42,065 bases of DNA from Thermodesulfobacteriota bacterium (GTDB lineage Bacteria; Desulfobacterota; WTBG01). The notes beneath the pieces are model-generated. The model was not told where the DNA came from. It saw nothing but the letters and a program-made list of their open reading frames with translations, and searched no databases. This document shows positions 30,631-38,399 of the stretch, piece by piece. Numbering within the stretch: position 1 is the stretch's first letter; each line of letters opens with the position of its first letter. The DNA is taken from contig JAZFSJ010000376.1 in NCBI GenBank assembly GCA_036446115.1, forward strand, positions 1 through 42,065, given 5' to 3'. A program made the translations under genes and the position numbers.

Positions 30631-33216
30631 ATGGCTACTCTCAGAGAATTAAAAGATAATCCTAAGTTTGGAGCGTTATCTGACGAAGCTAAGTCTATCG
30701 TGTTTGATAAACTGTCCAATGAAGACCAAGGATTCATGAAGTTGTCAGTAGAAGCTCAAGGGATAGTGCGCTCTCGTCTACTCGGCCCTTCTCGTGAAGA
30801 ATTACGTTCTACTACAGATTTCGAGACAGAGTTTGCGCAATTTGGTGGTGAAGTAACTCCTGCCATACCAAGGACAACCGAAGAAGAACAGGCACTTAGG
30901 GTAGGAGTAGCGGGTGCGGTAAGGCCAACATTAGAAGGTGGTTTGGCTACAGCTGGAGCGACAGCAGGTATCCCATTTGGTCCTGTTGGTGTTGTTGGAG
31001 GAGGAGGGGGAGGTTTTGCTCTTGGTAGGCAGATTGCAGATTATTTTGAAGAGATTATAGGTATCAAAGCACCAGATACACTAAAAGAAGATATATTCCA
31101 GACGGTTCACGATATAGGTGTTGGTGGAACTTTTGAGGCTGTAGGTGCTGGTGGCCCTGCTGCTGTTAAGGCTGCTCTTGCTCCACTTCGGAAGAAAATA
31201 TCCGCTGCAATAGGCAAGAGTCTTCCTTCTATATCTGAGGCTGCTAAAAAAGATAAAGCTATTCAGGTTTTAAAACAAATAACAAAGACTCCAGAGGATA
31301 TTGCAGCACAGGCAAATAAAGTAGCTGAAGCAAAACGATTGGAAGAAGTTTTCCCCGGAGTAAAATTTACCCTTGGTGAATTGACAGATGACCGTAATTT
31401 GATTAGACTTCAAAGGGGTCTAACTGAGAAAGGGTCAGGTTTAGGTGAACTTAGGGCTGCACAGCAAGCCGAGGCTGTTCAGGAGGCTATACAGCGCAAA
31501 GTCCGCACTGTTTTTCCTAATAAAAACGGGCTAGATGACGTTTTGAGTGAAGTGCAGAAGCAGTCAGATGAACTTGCCGATACCTTGACGAGTGCAAGTA
31601 AAGCCAGAACAAAATTAGTAGAAGAGTTAACTCCTTTAACTGATAAGCAAGCTGGTGGTAGAACTATCTCAGGTACGCTTGGTGCTGAACAGAATGTTCT
31701 AAGACGAAAAGGTGGTGACCTCTTCAAACAGGTAGGTAATCCAGAGATACCTACTGGTGACTTACTATCAGAGTTAAGAAGAGTAAAAGCTGGTTTTTTT
31801 GAATTTGGTGGTAGAGAGGCTGATTTTCCAAGTGAGGTTAATAAGCTAATTAGCGATATTACTCCTCCTCGTAAGGGAGTCGGTGAACTGTTAACTGGTC
31901 AGCCATCTCAAGCCAGACCTATTTCTTATCAGAAGTTGCGTGGATTCCAGAAGAGAGTAGGTGCTGGAGCTTCTAAGATAAAACGTAGTCAAGATGGGAA
32001 AAATTCTACAAGTGACGCTATGGATAGAGCCTTTTCAGCTATAGAAAATGATGGGTTCTCCTTATTGCCTGCCGTAGAGCAAGAGAAGCATATTATAGCA
32101 AGGAACTTCTGGAAGAATAATGTCGGTAAAAAGTTTGGAGAAGGCAGTGTCCAGAAAGTATTACGTCAGGGCAAAACTTCAGGTTCAACTAAAGTAGGTT
32201 CCGCTTCAGTGGCGGGGGAGTTTTTTGGCAAAACATCTAAAGATTTAGATGCTGCTGATGACCTTATCAGAAGTGTTGGTCCAGAAAGAGCAAGGGAAGT
32301 CATGCGTGACTTTACTGCTATGGATTTAACGGAGAATAAGGTTGTTATAGATAGGCTAACTGGGGAGGTAAAGACTGGTGGTTTGGCTAACTGGGTTCGT
32401 GACCACAAAGCAGTTCTCAAGAAATATGGGCTTTTTGAGGAATACTCTAATATAGAGATGGCACAAAGGGCTGTGGATTCTGCAAGCGACAATCTGAGTC
32501 TCTTTAATAAGAGTTCTGCCAGTAAGTTGATTAATGGTGATATTAATGTCGCTATGACCAGAGCCTATGAAGGGCAAAAAGATATTTTAGGTGCAACCAA
32601 AGACCTGATGAGCCACATGCGTGGTAACAAACCAGCCTTGGAGGGGCTGAGAACTTCTTTTGCTGATTACCTTGAAAGACAGATACTTGACCAGACCGAG
32701 GGTTTAATATCTACCCCGATCAAAACGGCAAGAGTAATAAATAAAATTGTAGATAAATTTGACCCTGCAATAAAAACTCTTTACGCAGGGCAACCAGATC
32801 GGTTGAAGCTACTAAGGGATATGAGAGGTGTTTATAGAACATTGGCTCGTGAAGGCGAATTGAGTGGAAAGGCTATAGAGGATGCTGAAACAATAATAGA
32901 CAGAGTTATTTTTGCATCTGGACCTAAGTTCACAAGTAGTCTTTCAGAGCTTAACATATTTAGAAAAACACAGACGTGGCTTCGTAAATTATCACAAGAC
33001 CAAATCAATAGTGTTCTTTTAAAAGCTACTTTTGACCCTAATTATGCTGAGTTAATTCAGTTACCGCGCCTTGTACCAGAAGAAAAATTTGCTTCAGCAC
33101 TGAGCAGTATGCTATCTCGTCTGGGCTTGGTTTCTTTTGGAACAGAAGTAGGAGAAGCCGAAGGAGCTATAGCAGAAAGTATAGTGGATTTAACCAGACC
33201 ACAGGAGACACCCTAA
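30631..33216 (+). CDS. large internal virion/ejection or tape-measure-like protein (861 aa)
   Basis: It is the largest ORF and mostly helical. It has a Gly-rich hydrophobic segment, GIPFGPVGVVGGGGGGFALG. Confidence 0.4.
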   Translation: MATLRELKDNPKFGALSDEAKSIVFDKLSNEDQGFMKLSVEAQGIVRSRLLGPSREELRSTTDFETEFAQFGGEVTPAIPRTTEEEQALRVGVAGAVRPTLEGGLATAGATAGIPFGPVGVVGGGGGGFALGRQIADYFEEIIGIKAPDTLKEDIFQTVHDIGVGGTFEAVGAGGPAAVKAALAPLRKKISAAIGKSLPSISEAAKKDKAIQVLKQITKTPEDIAAQANKVAEAKRLEEVFPGVKFTLGELTDDRNLIRLQRGLTEKGSGLGELRAAQQAEAVQEAIQRKVRTVFPNKNGLDDVLSEVQKQSDELADTLTSASKARTKLVEELTPLTDKQAGGRTISGTLGAEQNVLRRKGGDLFKQVGNPEIPTGDLLSELRRVKAGFFEFGGREADFPSEVNKLISDITPPRKGVGELLTGQPSQARPISYQKLRGFQKRVGAGASKIKRSQDGKNSTSDAMDRAFSAIENDGFSLLPAVEQEKHIIARNFWKNNVGKKFGEGSVQKVLRQGKTSGSTKVGSASVAGEFFGKTSKDLDAADDLIRSVGPERAREVMRDFTAMDLTENKVVIDRLTGEVKTGGLANWVRDHKAVLKKYGLFEEYSNIEMAQRAVDSASDNLSLFNKSSASKLINGDINVAMTRAYEGQKDILGATKDLMSHMRGNKPALEGLRTSFADYLERQILDQTEGLISTPIKTARVINKIVDKFDPAIKTLYAGQPDRLKLLRDMRGVYRTLAREGELSGKAIEDAETIIDRVIFASGPKFTSSLSELNIFRKTQTWLRKLSQDQINSVLLKATFDPNYAELIQLPRLVPEEKFASALSSMLSRLGLVSFGTEVGEAEGAIAESIVDLTRPQETP

Positions 33217-33335
33217 TGCCACATATTAAGTTGAAAGTTAAAAAGAAGGAAACAAAAAAGAAAGACACTCGCAGTCCTAACCCAAACTCTAAGGTATTTA
33301 AAAAACTGAAGAAAATGACGAAAGGAAAGGGTTGA
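33216..33335 (+). CDS. micro-ORF, 39 aa extremely basic protein
   Basis: My translation is MPHIKLKVKKKETKKKDTRSPNPNSKVFKKLKKMTKGKG. It has a TAATG overlap upstream and a TGATG overlap downstream. Confidence 0.45.
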   Translation: MPHIKLKVKKKETKKKDTRSPNPNSKVFKKLKKMTKGKG

Positions 33336-33589
33336 TGGCTCCATTAACGGCGGTAACAGATCATTGGAATTTTCTCGGATACCTTCCCTTTATAGGTATG
33401 GTTTTAGGTAAAGATAATAATGGTAGACAGCTTATTACTCGAATAATGGAAGCGGTAATAATAGCACTTCTTGCTGGGTATATATCTGGTAAAATAACTC
33501 TTGCTGTTATGGAAGTTAGGTTGGGGGCTGTTGAGAATCAAGTAAGTAAAATCTACGACGACATATATAGACCCTCTATAGGTGAATAA
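33335..33589 (+). CDS. holin candidate (two TM segments, 84 aa)
   Basis: The TM segments are FLGYLPFIGMVLG and AVIIALLAGYISGKITLAV. It lies immediately upstream of the endolysin. The start is taken at the ATG at 33335. Confidence 0.45.
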   Translation: MAPLTAVTDHWNFLGYLPFIGMVLGKDNNGRQLITRIMEAVIIALLAGYISGKITLAVMEVRLGAVENQVSKIYDDIYRPSIGE

Positions 33590-33972
33590 TGATTAAATTT
33601 ATAAGTACAGAAATCCAAAGTGAGTTCAACGATACACGGCTTGACCCACGAGTGAAAATGTTAACTCTTTTGGCTTCTGGATATATCTACAATAGGTTCG
33701 GAGAACCTCTTTATGTAACATCGGTTTTCCGTCCCCAGAATCGAGAATCGGTTCATGCTTATTGGCGTGGAGTTGATTGCGATAATGATGCAGGACTTGA
33801 TGTCGGGGAGAAGCAGGAATTGGCAGAATATTTGAACTGGATGTATACCTACGACCCCAAAAGACCAGAGAAGAAGGTTTGCTTGCTTCATTCGGTAGAG
33901 GGTAGAGGTGGCGATCACTTCCATATACAGATACATCCAAATACAGTTCTTAACGGAAAGGGGATAGAATGA
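33589..33972 (+). CDS. endolysin, peptidase M15 (LAS zinc peptidase) family
   Basis: It has H-x6-D (HAYWRGVD) and H-x-H (DHFHIQIH) zinc ligand motifs. It is 127 aa. Confidence 0.65.
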   Translation: MIKFISTEIQSEFNDTRLDPRVKMLTLLASGYIYNRFGEPLYVTSVFRPQNRESVHAYWRGVDCDNDAGLDVGEKQELAEYLNWMYTYDPKRPEKKVCLLHSVEGRGGDHFHIQIHPNTVLNGKGIE

Positions 33973-34346
33973 TTACAGGAATATTTGGAGCGATAGCGGG
34001 AGCTATAGGGCTTGCCAATAGCGATAAAACAGGTCTGGTAAAAAAGGCAGTCGAAGGCGTAGACAATATCAACCTCTCTGAAGAGGAACGGGCACAGTAC
34101 ATCCTTGAATATATCAAATCTCAGGATGACCAGAACTCTATCAGAAGTGTGATGCGTAGGATATTCGCTACGATAGTTGTGAGTTCTTGGGCAATTCTAA
34201 CTCTTGGTTCTGCTATTCTTATCCCTATCAACAAGGAATGGTCAGACGCATGGAAGGAGTTGGCAACGTCTAACACTATGATGGTCGCTATGGGTTCTAT
34301 AATAGCATTTTACTTCTATATACAGGCTGTAAGGGCAAAGAAATGA
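33969..34346 (+). CDS. membrane protein, 3-TM holin-like (GTA_holin_3TM-like layout)
   Basis: It has a Gly-rich N-terminus, an acidic helical middle and two C-terminal TM segments. It overlaps the endolysin stop. Confidence 0.4.
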   Translation: MITGIFGAIAGAIGLANSDKTGLVKKAVEGVDNINLSEEERAQYILEYIKSQDDQNSIRSVMRRIFATIVVSSWAILTLGSAILIPINKEWSDAWKELATSNTMMVAMGSIIAFYFYIQAVRAKK

Positions 34347-34410
34347 AGATAGCCACCATGGCGAAGATGATTAGAGGCAAGCAACCTATAGAGTGTATGG
34401 AGTAGCATAA

Positions 34411-34764
34411 GTGGCTGATAATACTACAATAAATTCTGGGGTCGGCGGTGACGTAATAGCCACTGACGATATAGGTGGTGTTAAACATCAACGCGTCAAG
34501 GTTCAGCATGGAGTAGATGGCAGTGCTACGGATGTTAGTTCTGCCTCCCCATTGCCAGTAACTGATATTCAGATAGCAAACCTCGTAGGCTTTGAAATAC
34601 CTGCTTATGACTACATAGCCCTTACTTATGTAGCGGCAGGTAACGGTGCGGGTGAAGTGGAGACTGTAGTATATAAAACGGGTGGTAGCGGTGGTACAAC
34701 CGTAGCTACTCTCACACTAGCTTATAATGCTTCAGATGAGATAAGCGCAGTAACGAAGACATAA
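34411..34764 (+). CDS. tail fibre-associated protein (117 aa, GTG start)
   Basis: GGDVIATDDIGGVKHQRVKVQHGVDG...SPLPV. GGAG lies 8 nt upstream, and the gene lies directly upstream of the tail fibre. Confidence 0.45.
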   Translation: MADNTTINSGVGGDVIATDDIGGVKHQRVKVQHGVDGSATDVSSASPLPVTDIQIANLVGFEIPAYDYIALTYVAAGNGAGEVETVVYKTGGSGGTTVATLTLAYNASDEISAVTKT

Positions 34765-34765
34765 T

Positions 34766-35668
34766 ATGTCATTTAAATTTAATTTCTTTACAGGTACGTT
34801 CGACAAGGTGATTTCCGACCATACTCTTTTATCCAATAAGGGCACGAACACCCACGCCCAAATAGATACCCATATTGCAGATACTACTGATCCACATGGA
34901 GCCACGCTTACGCAGACCACTTTAAATGTTACTGGAAATTTAGACGTAGACGGTACTGCAAACTTAGACGACACAGATATAGACGGGCAAGTTGGAATTG
35001 GGACAGCTCCTAACAGCAACAGAGACATAAACATAGACAGGAGTTCATCCAGCACCACAAATCCACAATATAGTTTTATTTCCGCTATAAGGCAAGATAC
35101 TGCTACTGCAAATAATATTATAGGTATGAGTTCATCTGCTATATCTGAACATACTTCTGGAACTATTGCGACTTTAGCAGGGTACTTAGGCGGCTCTATA
35201 GTTAATAGTGATAGTGACGTTACCGTTGCACATGGATTAGTACCTACAGCAGAGGTTGCAGATGGGTTTACGCCTACTTTGGTTATTTTATCAGGAGCAT
35301 CTACTCAAGTCTTAGCAAGAGATGCAACTGTACTTTTTGCCGTTAGTATTTGGGCGCAAAAGGCAACAAAGGATACAGGAACCATTACCAATGCTATATC
35401 GGGTTACTTTGAAGAACCTACATCTGGAACTAATAATTGGTCCGCTTTATTCGACGGGGATATACAGGTAGGCACAGGCAAGAAGTTATTATTAACAGGC
35501 GCATTGGGAACAAAAGGTACAGTAGGACTTAGTGCCAATTCTGGAAGTCCAGAAGGTGCAGTTACCGCTGGAATTGGGTCTTTATACTTAAGAACAGATG
35601 GTGGTGCGGGCACATCTATGTACGTCAAGGAGTCTGGCACAGGCAATACAGGTTGGGTAGGCAAATAG
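34766..35668 (+). CDS. tail fibre protein
   Basis: The N-terminal motif is HTLLSNKGTNTHAQIDTHIADTTDPHG. The C-terminus is GSLYLRTDGGAGTSMYVKESGTGNTGWVGK. Both are typical of phage fibre ends. Confidence 0.65.
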   Translation: MSFKFNFFTGTFDKVISDHTLLSNKGTNTHAQIDTHIADTTDPHGATLTQTTLNVTGNLDVDGTANLDDTDIDGQVGIGTAPNSNRDINIDRSSSSTTNPQYSFISAIRQDTATANNIIGMSSSAISEHTSGTIATLAGYLGGSIVNSDSDVTVAHGLVPTAEVADGFTPTLVILSGASTQVLARDATVLFAVSIWAQKATKDTGTITNAISGYFEEPTSGTNNWSALFDGDIQVGTGKKLLLTGALGTKGTVGLSANSGSPEGAVTAGIGSLYLRTDGGAGTSMYVKESGTGNTGWVGK

Positions 35669-35677
35669 GAGTAGGTT

Positions 35678-35941
35678 ATGACACCAGAACAAAAGAAAGT
35701 AATAGCTAAATTCAGAGAGCAGTATTTCGCCGAGCATGTTATCGGAGTAAATAATAGAATACCTCTTGCTGATTTTATGGTTAAAGGGCAGGCAGAGCAG
35801 GTTGCTTTCATTAAAACCTGGACGCAGGAGCGGTATCAGAAAATGATAGACTTAGAGGTGAGTTTGACTGCGCAGCAAGGCAGGGTAGCTTTTCAAAAGG
35901 AAATTGCTCGTAAGGCTCTTAGCGATTGGGAAGTCGGATAA
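35678..35941 (+). CDS. hypothetical protein (87 aa)
   Basis: Track ORF downstream of the fibre gene. Confidence 0.5.
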   Translation: MTPEQKKVIAKFREQYFAEHVIGVNNRIPLADFMVKGQAEQVAFIKTWTQERYQKMIDLEVSLTAQQGRVAFQKEIARKALSDWEVG

Positions 35942-35945
35942 AATA

Positions 35946-36332
35946 ATGCTCCTACCTCTCCTACAGAATATCAACCTCACTGAGTGGATTGGTGATATAT
36001 CTATATCTGACACTTGGGTAGCCCTACAGGAAACTGTTGCTTCGTGGTTGGGTTTTCAGGAGGGTTCTGGCTCATGGGTTAATATAGGTGGGGTTAGTTC
36101 GGCATGGGCTTTATCAGGGGCGGTCTCGGATTCTTGGTCTACACTACAACTGTCAAATGGTGCGTGGGTGGCCTTACAATCTGGGTCAAGCTCTTGGAGC
36201 AAAAAGGTAGGGGCTACAAGCTCTTGGACTCTTTTACAAGCCGGAGCAGGTAGCTTTGTGGCGGGTCAACCCTCTTCAGGGTCATGGGTGGGGCAGGCTG
36301 GAGCTACAGGTGGGTGGGTTGGTCAATCTTAA
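35946..36332 (+). CDS. decapeptide Trp-repeat protein (128 aa)
   Basis: Track ORF 35904..36332, trimmed to the ATG 4 nt after the previous stop. An aromatic residue occurs at every 10th position from residue 14 to 124. Confidence 0.6.
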   Translation: MLLPLLQNINLTEWIGDISISDTWVALQETVASWLGFQEGSGSWVNIGGVSSAWALSGAVSDSWSTLQLSNGAWVALQSGSSSWSKKVGATSSWTLLQAGAGSFVAGQPSSGSWVGQAGATGGWVGQS

Positions 36333-36607
36333 CTCTTTTCCATGATGTAGCTCTCTAATAACCCAGCAATAACTCTCCATAAATCAATAGCATACTTATC
36401 AAGGAAAGTCGTTTGTCCCCGATGGATTTCATCATGATGAATATGGCATAGGGGTATTGTATGGTAATCAGAGCATTTAATCCCGACTCCTCCTGCTGAA
36501 CTATGGTGGGGAATTGCTTCTCCTTTACAGTTTATAATAAGACAAGGTTTCCTTCTGATGTATGCCAAGTAAGACTTTGACCTTGGAGTTCTAGTCTTAA
36601 AATTCAA
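36329..36607 (-). CDS. HNH/His-Me finger-like nuclease (prophage DUF968-like)
   Basis: CLIINC....PHH.......SDYHTIPLCHIHHDEIH. Confidence 0.45.
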   Translation of the reverse strand: MNFKTRTPRSKSYLAYIRRKPCLIINCKGEAIPHHSSAGGVGIKCSDYHTIPLCHIHHDEIHRGQTTFLDKYAIDLWRVIAGLLESYIMEKS

Positions 36608-37098
36608 AATTCCTCCTTAATTATATTTTGATAGGCAAAATCGCCATAATGTTCTAAGGCAGCTTTATTGTATGCAAGGGCTGCTTCCTTTTCAGTAAGA
36701 TATGAACCAATGTGAATCGCTTTTTTGTTCGGTTTTATGCGAGCATTCCATCTTCTTTGTCCGATAGGCATCCTTTTATCTAAAGTGACCCCCTTATATG
36801 CTGAGTTACAAGAAATGGATATTTTAGGTTTACTACGTTCATTCTGACTACGTGTGCACACTCTAAGATTCTTACGTCTATTGTCCAGTTTGTTATTATT
36901 GATATGATCTATTTCTTCTCCAGTACGAGGTAGCATGATTAGTCTATGCATATATAGAGTGTTCGGTTTTCCATCTGAAAACATCGGAGTTCTTTTTACA
37001 TATCTATCAAAGTGCCATTTCCGCTTATTCAAGAATTCAAAATCCTCATCATCAACAATGGCAACCTTACCTTGAGTCAATATTATCTCTTTACTCAT
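36604..37098 (-). CDS. HNH homing endonuclease with AP2 domain (copy 3 of 3)
   Basis: The HNH motif is DHINNNKLDNRRKNLRVCTRSQN. The AP2 motif is SAYKGV......RRWNARI..NKKAIHIGSY..EKEAALAYNKAALEHYGDFA. Confidence 0.85.
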   Translation of the reverse strand: MSKEIILTQGKVAIVDDEDFEFLNKRKWHFDRYVKRTPMFSDGKPNTLYMHRLIMLPRTGEEIDHINNNKLDNRRKNLRVCTRSQNERSKPKISISCNSAYKGVTLDKRMPIGQRRWNARIKPNKKAIHIGSYLTEKEAALAYNKAALEHYGDFAYQNIIKEEF

Positions 37099-37099
37099 A

Positions 37100-37291
37100 T
37101 CACTTCCCCTCCGGCTTATGTGGTCTTAAATTCTTAACTAAGAACATTCTTTTTGTGCCATTGGATTTCTCACAAATAACAGCATCGTAAGACATCCACT
37201 TTCGACCTATCTCTACTATTGTCATTAGTGAGCCTGGAATGCCTGCTATTCTACACCCCTTAACCGTGTATACTTTATCTCCTACCTTCAT
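37100..37291 (-). CDS. hypothetical protein (63 aa)
   Basis: Track ORF 37100..37312, trimmed to MKVGDKVY, which is preceded by GGAGGA. Confidence 0.5.
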   Translation of the reverse strand: MKVGDKVYTVKGCRIAGIPGSLMTIVEIGRKWMSYDAVICEKSNGTKRMFLVKNLRPHKPEGK

Positions 37292-37452
37292 ATATCCTCC
37301 TTCTTTGCGCATTCAGGGCAGTAGTCTTCCTGTTGTAAATCCTCCAACTGTTCTTTTGTTAGTTGCTTGAGGTCTGGTAGAGCACCGATATAGGGTATTC
37401 TTTCTTTTCTTCCGCAACCGTCACACTCTATATAATAACCATTAACGCTCAT
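37288..37452 (-). CDS. zinc-ribbon micro-protein (54 aa), not on track
   Basis: My translation is MSVNGYYIECDGCGRKERIPYIGALPDLKQLTKEQLEDLQQEDYCPECAKKEDI. It has an ATGA overlap with the downstream gene. Confidence 0.5.
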   Translation of the reverse strand: MSVNGYYIECDGCGRKERIPYIGALPDLKQLTKEQLEDLQQEDYCPECAKKEDI

Positions 37453-37581
37453 CTCAATCCTTTCAGCACATATACCACTGCATAGTCACCATCTGCCCCG
37501 TATACTCAAGCCATACCAATCTACCTATTTGCCCCTTAACTCTCCCCACGAGCCTCCTGTGGGGGTCTACAGCCGATAGAA

Positions 37582-37980
37582 TCACACTTCCTCTATCTCT
37601 ATATCAACGCATGGAGCTTGACCGTCCACTACATAGCTCTTAAACAAACCCATACTTACTATCTGGGAATCATCGTTATAGCAAATACCACTCAAGGCAT
37701 CTAGTACCGCTTTTGCCAAGTTATCCAAGTCAGGCTTCTTGATATGATATTTTACTTTCTTTGGCAGGGATTTTGGTCGCTTCATCCTAAACATCAGCTC
37801 AACCCTCAAAGCCCCTTCTAATACCTCTGCTTTTTGAGCTACGGCTTGCCTTATAATCTCATTCTTCCATTCTTTAGACTTCTCAGGGTCATACGTTACT
37901 ACAAAGTTACCTCTTCTGGCAAAACGAGGTCTGCCTTGAGCAATCGGATTCCCCAGAATAATAAATTCATTACTTTTCAT
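37582..37980 (-). CDS. rusA: RusA-family Holliday junction resolvase
   Basis: ILGNPIAQGRPRF......V.TYDP.KSKEWK....LR.E..F...RPKS.......H..KPDLDNL.KAVLDAL.G..Y.DDSQIV. The start is trimmed to MKSNEF. Confidence 0.8.
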   Translation of the reverse strand: MKSNEFIILGNPIAQGRPRFARRGNFVVTYDPEKSKEWKNEIIRQAVAQKAEVLEGALRVELMFRMKRPKSLPKKVKYHIKKPDLDNLAKAVLDALSGICYNDDSQIVSMGLFKSYVVDGQAPCVDIEIEEV

Positions 37981-38083
37981 CCCTCTCCCCCTTCTCCTTC
38001 GCTTGGTGTCTGCATATAGCATCACAGAAGCCGTTGTACTCGTCATCGTGGACGGTATCGCCACTGTTGGGACAGTCATTCAT
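37970..38083 (-). CDS. micro-ORF, 37 aa (MNDCPNSGDTVHDDEYNGFCDAICRHQAKEKGERDEK)
   Basis: Track ORF 37970..38158, trimmed to the ATG preceded by AAGGAG. It overlaps the upstream stop with an ATGAATGA arrangement. Confidence 0.4.
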   Translation of the reverse strand: MNDCPNSGDTVHDDEYNGFCDAICRHQAKEKGERDEK

Positions 38084-38399
38084 TATCTTGCTCCTTAAAC
38101 CATTCATACAGAGCATCGGCAAGTGCAGTGCATAGCGAATCTCTACAAATAGGGTCAAGAATATCTGTTACAAGAATACCCTGTTCCTTAGCCCTTTCAA
38201 ACATCCACCCGAAGTACTCCCACTCTTTATCTGAGGGGCTGAAGAAGTTGGGATTATCGTCCTCATCACCCCACCAATATTTTCCACACATCGGAAATAC
38301 ACAACTTGGAACATCTAAGCCTGAGTTCCACTTATGCCAACAATCTGTATCCCTCTTGAGCTTGTTGAAAAGATATTCTGATTTCTCGGTACTATCCAT
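38076..38399 (-). CDS. hypothetical protein, tandem paralogue 2 (107 aa)
   Basis: It shares MD..(E/Q)K..YL..K....WHKW and the C-terminal ALA.A.Y..(F/L)KEQDN with 38392..38736. Confidence 0.6.
   Translation of the reverse strand: MDSTEKSEYLFNKLKRDTDCWHKWNSGLDVPSCVFPMCGKYWWGDEDDNPNFFSPSDKEWEYFGWMFERAKEQGILVTDILDPICRDSLCTALADALYEWFKEQDNE

Noticed and set aside
10338-35811. Minus-strand track ORFs inside the rightward block. Examples are 10338..10568, 10656..11054, 12498..12743, 13796..14167, 14645..14929, 15227..15559, 16966..17271, 17324..17719, 18554..18986, 19267..19636, 22977..23260, 23672..23938, 25174..25841, 27685..27984, 28598..28885, 30039..30284, 31479..31727, 32166..32577, 33626..33940, 34732..35058 and 35404..35811. 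The in-strand overlapping frame 14767..15009 is also included.
   Set aside because: They are antisense to, or out of frame with, long motif-supported structural genes. They have no RBS context and biased Ser/Pro/Leu composition.
35904-35945. The upstream start (35904) given by the track for the Trp-repeat protein.
   Set aside because: That start would overlap the preceding gene by 38 nt. The ATG at 35946 follows the preceding stop by 4 nt, which fits the packing seen elsewhere.
25663-36332. A diversity-generating retroelement or other hypervariation system acting on the tail-fibre genes.
   Set aside because: There is no reverse-transcriptase ORF, and I saw no template/variable repeat pair by eye. 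The repeats in 35946..36332 are intragenic decapeptide units, not TR/VR copies.
37544-37564. The hairpin CCCCAC-N9-GTGGGG after rusA, and the hairpin ACCGC-CTAA-GCGGT at about 9222-9235, read as intrinsic terminators.
   Set aside because: Neither is followed by a U-tract on the transcribed (minus) strand. They may be processing or stability elements, but I cannot support a terminator call.
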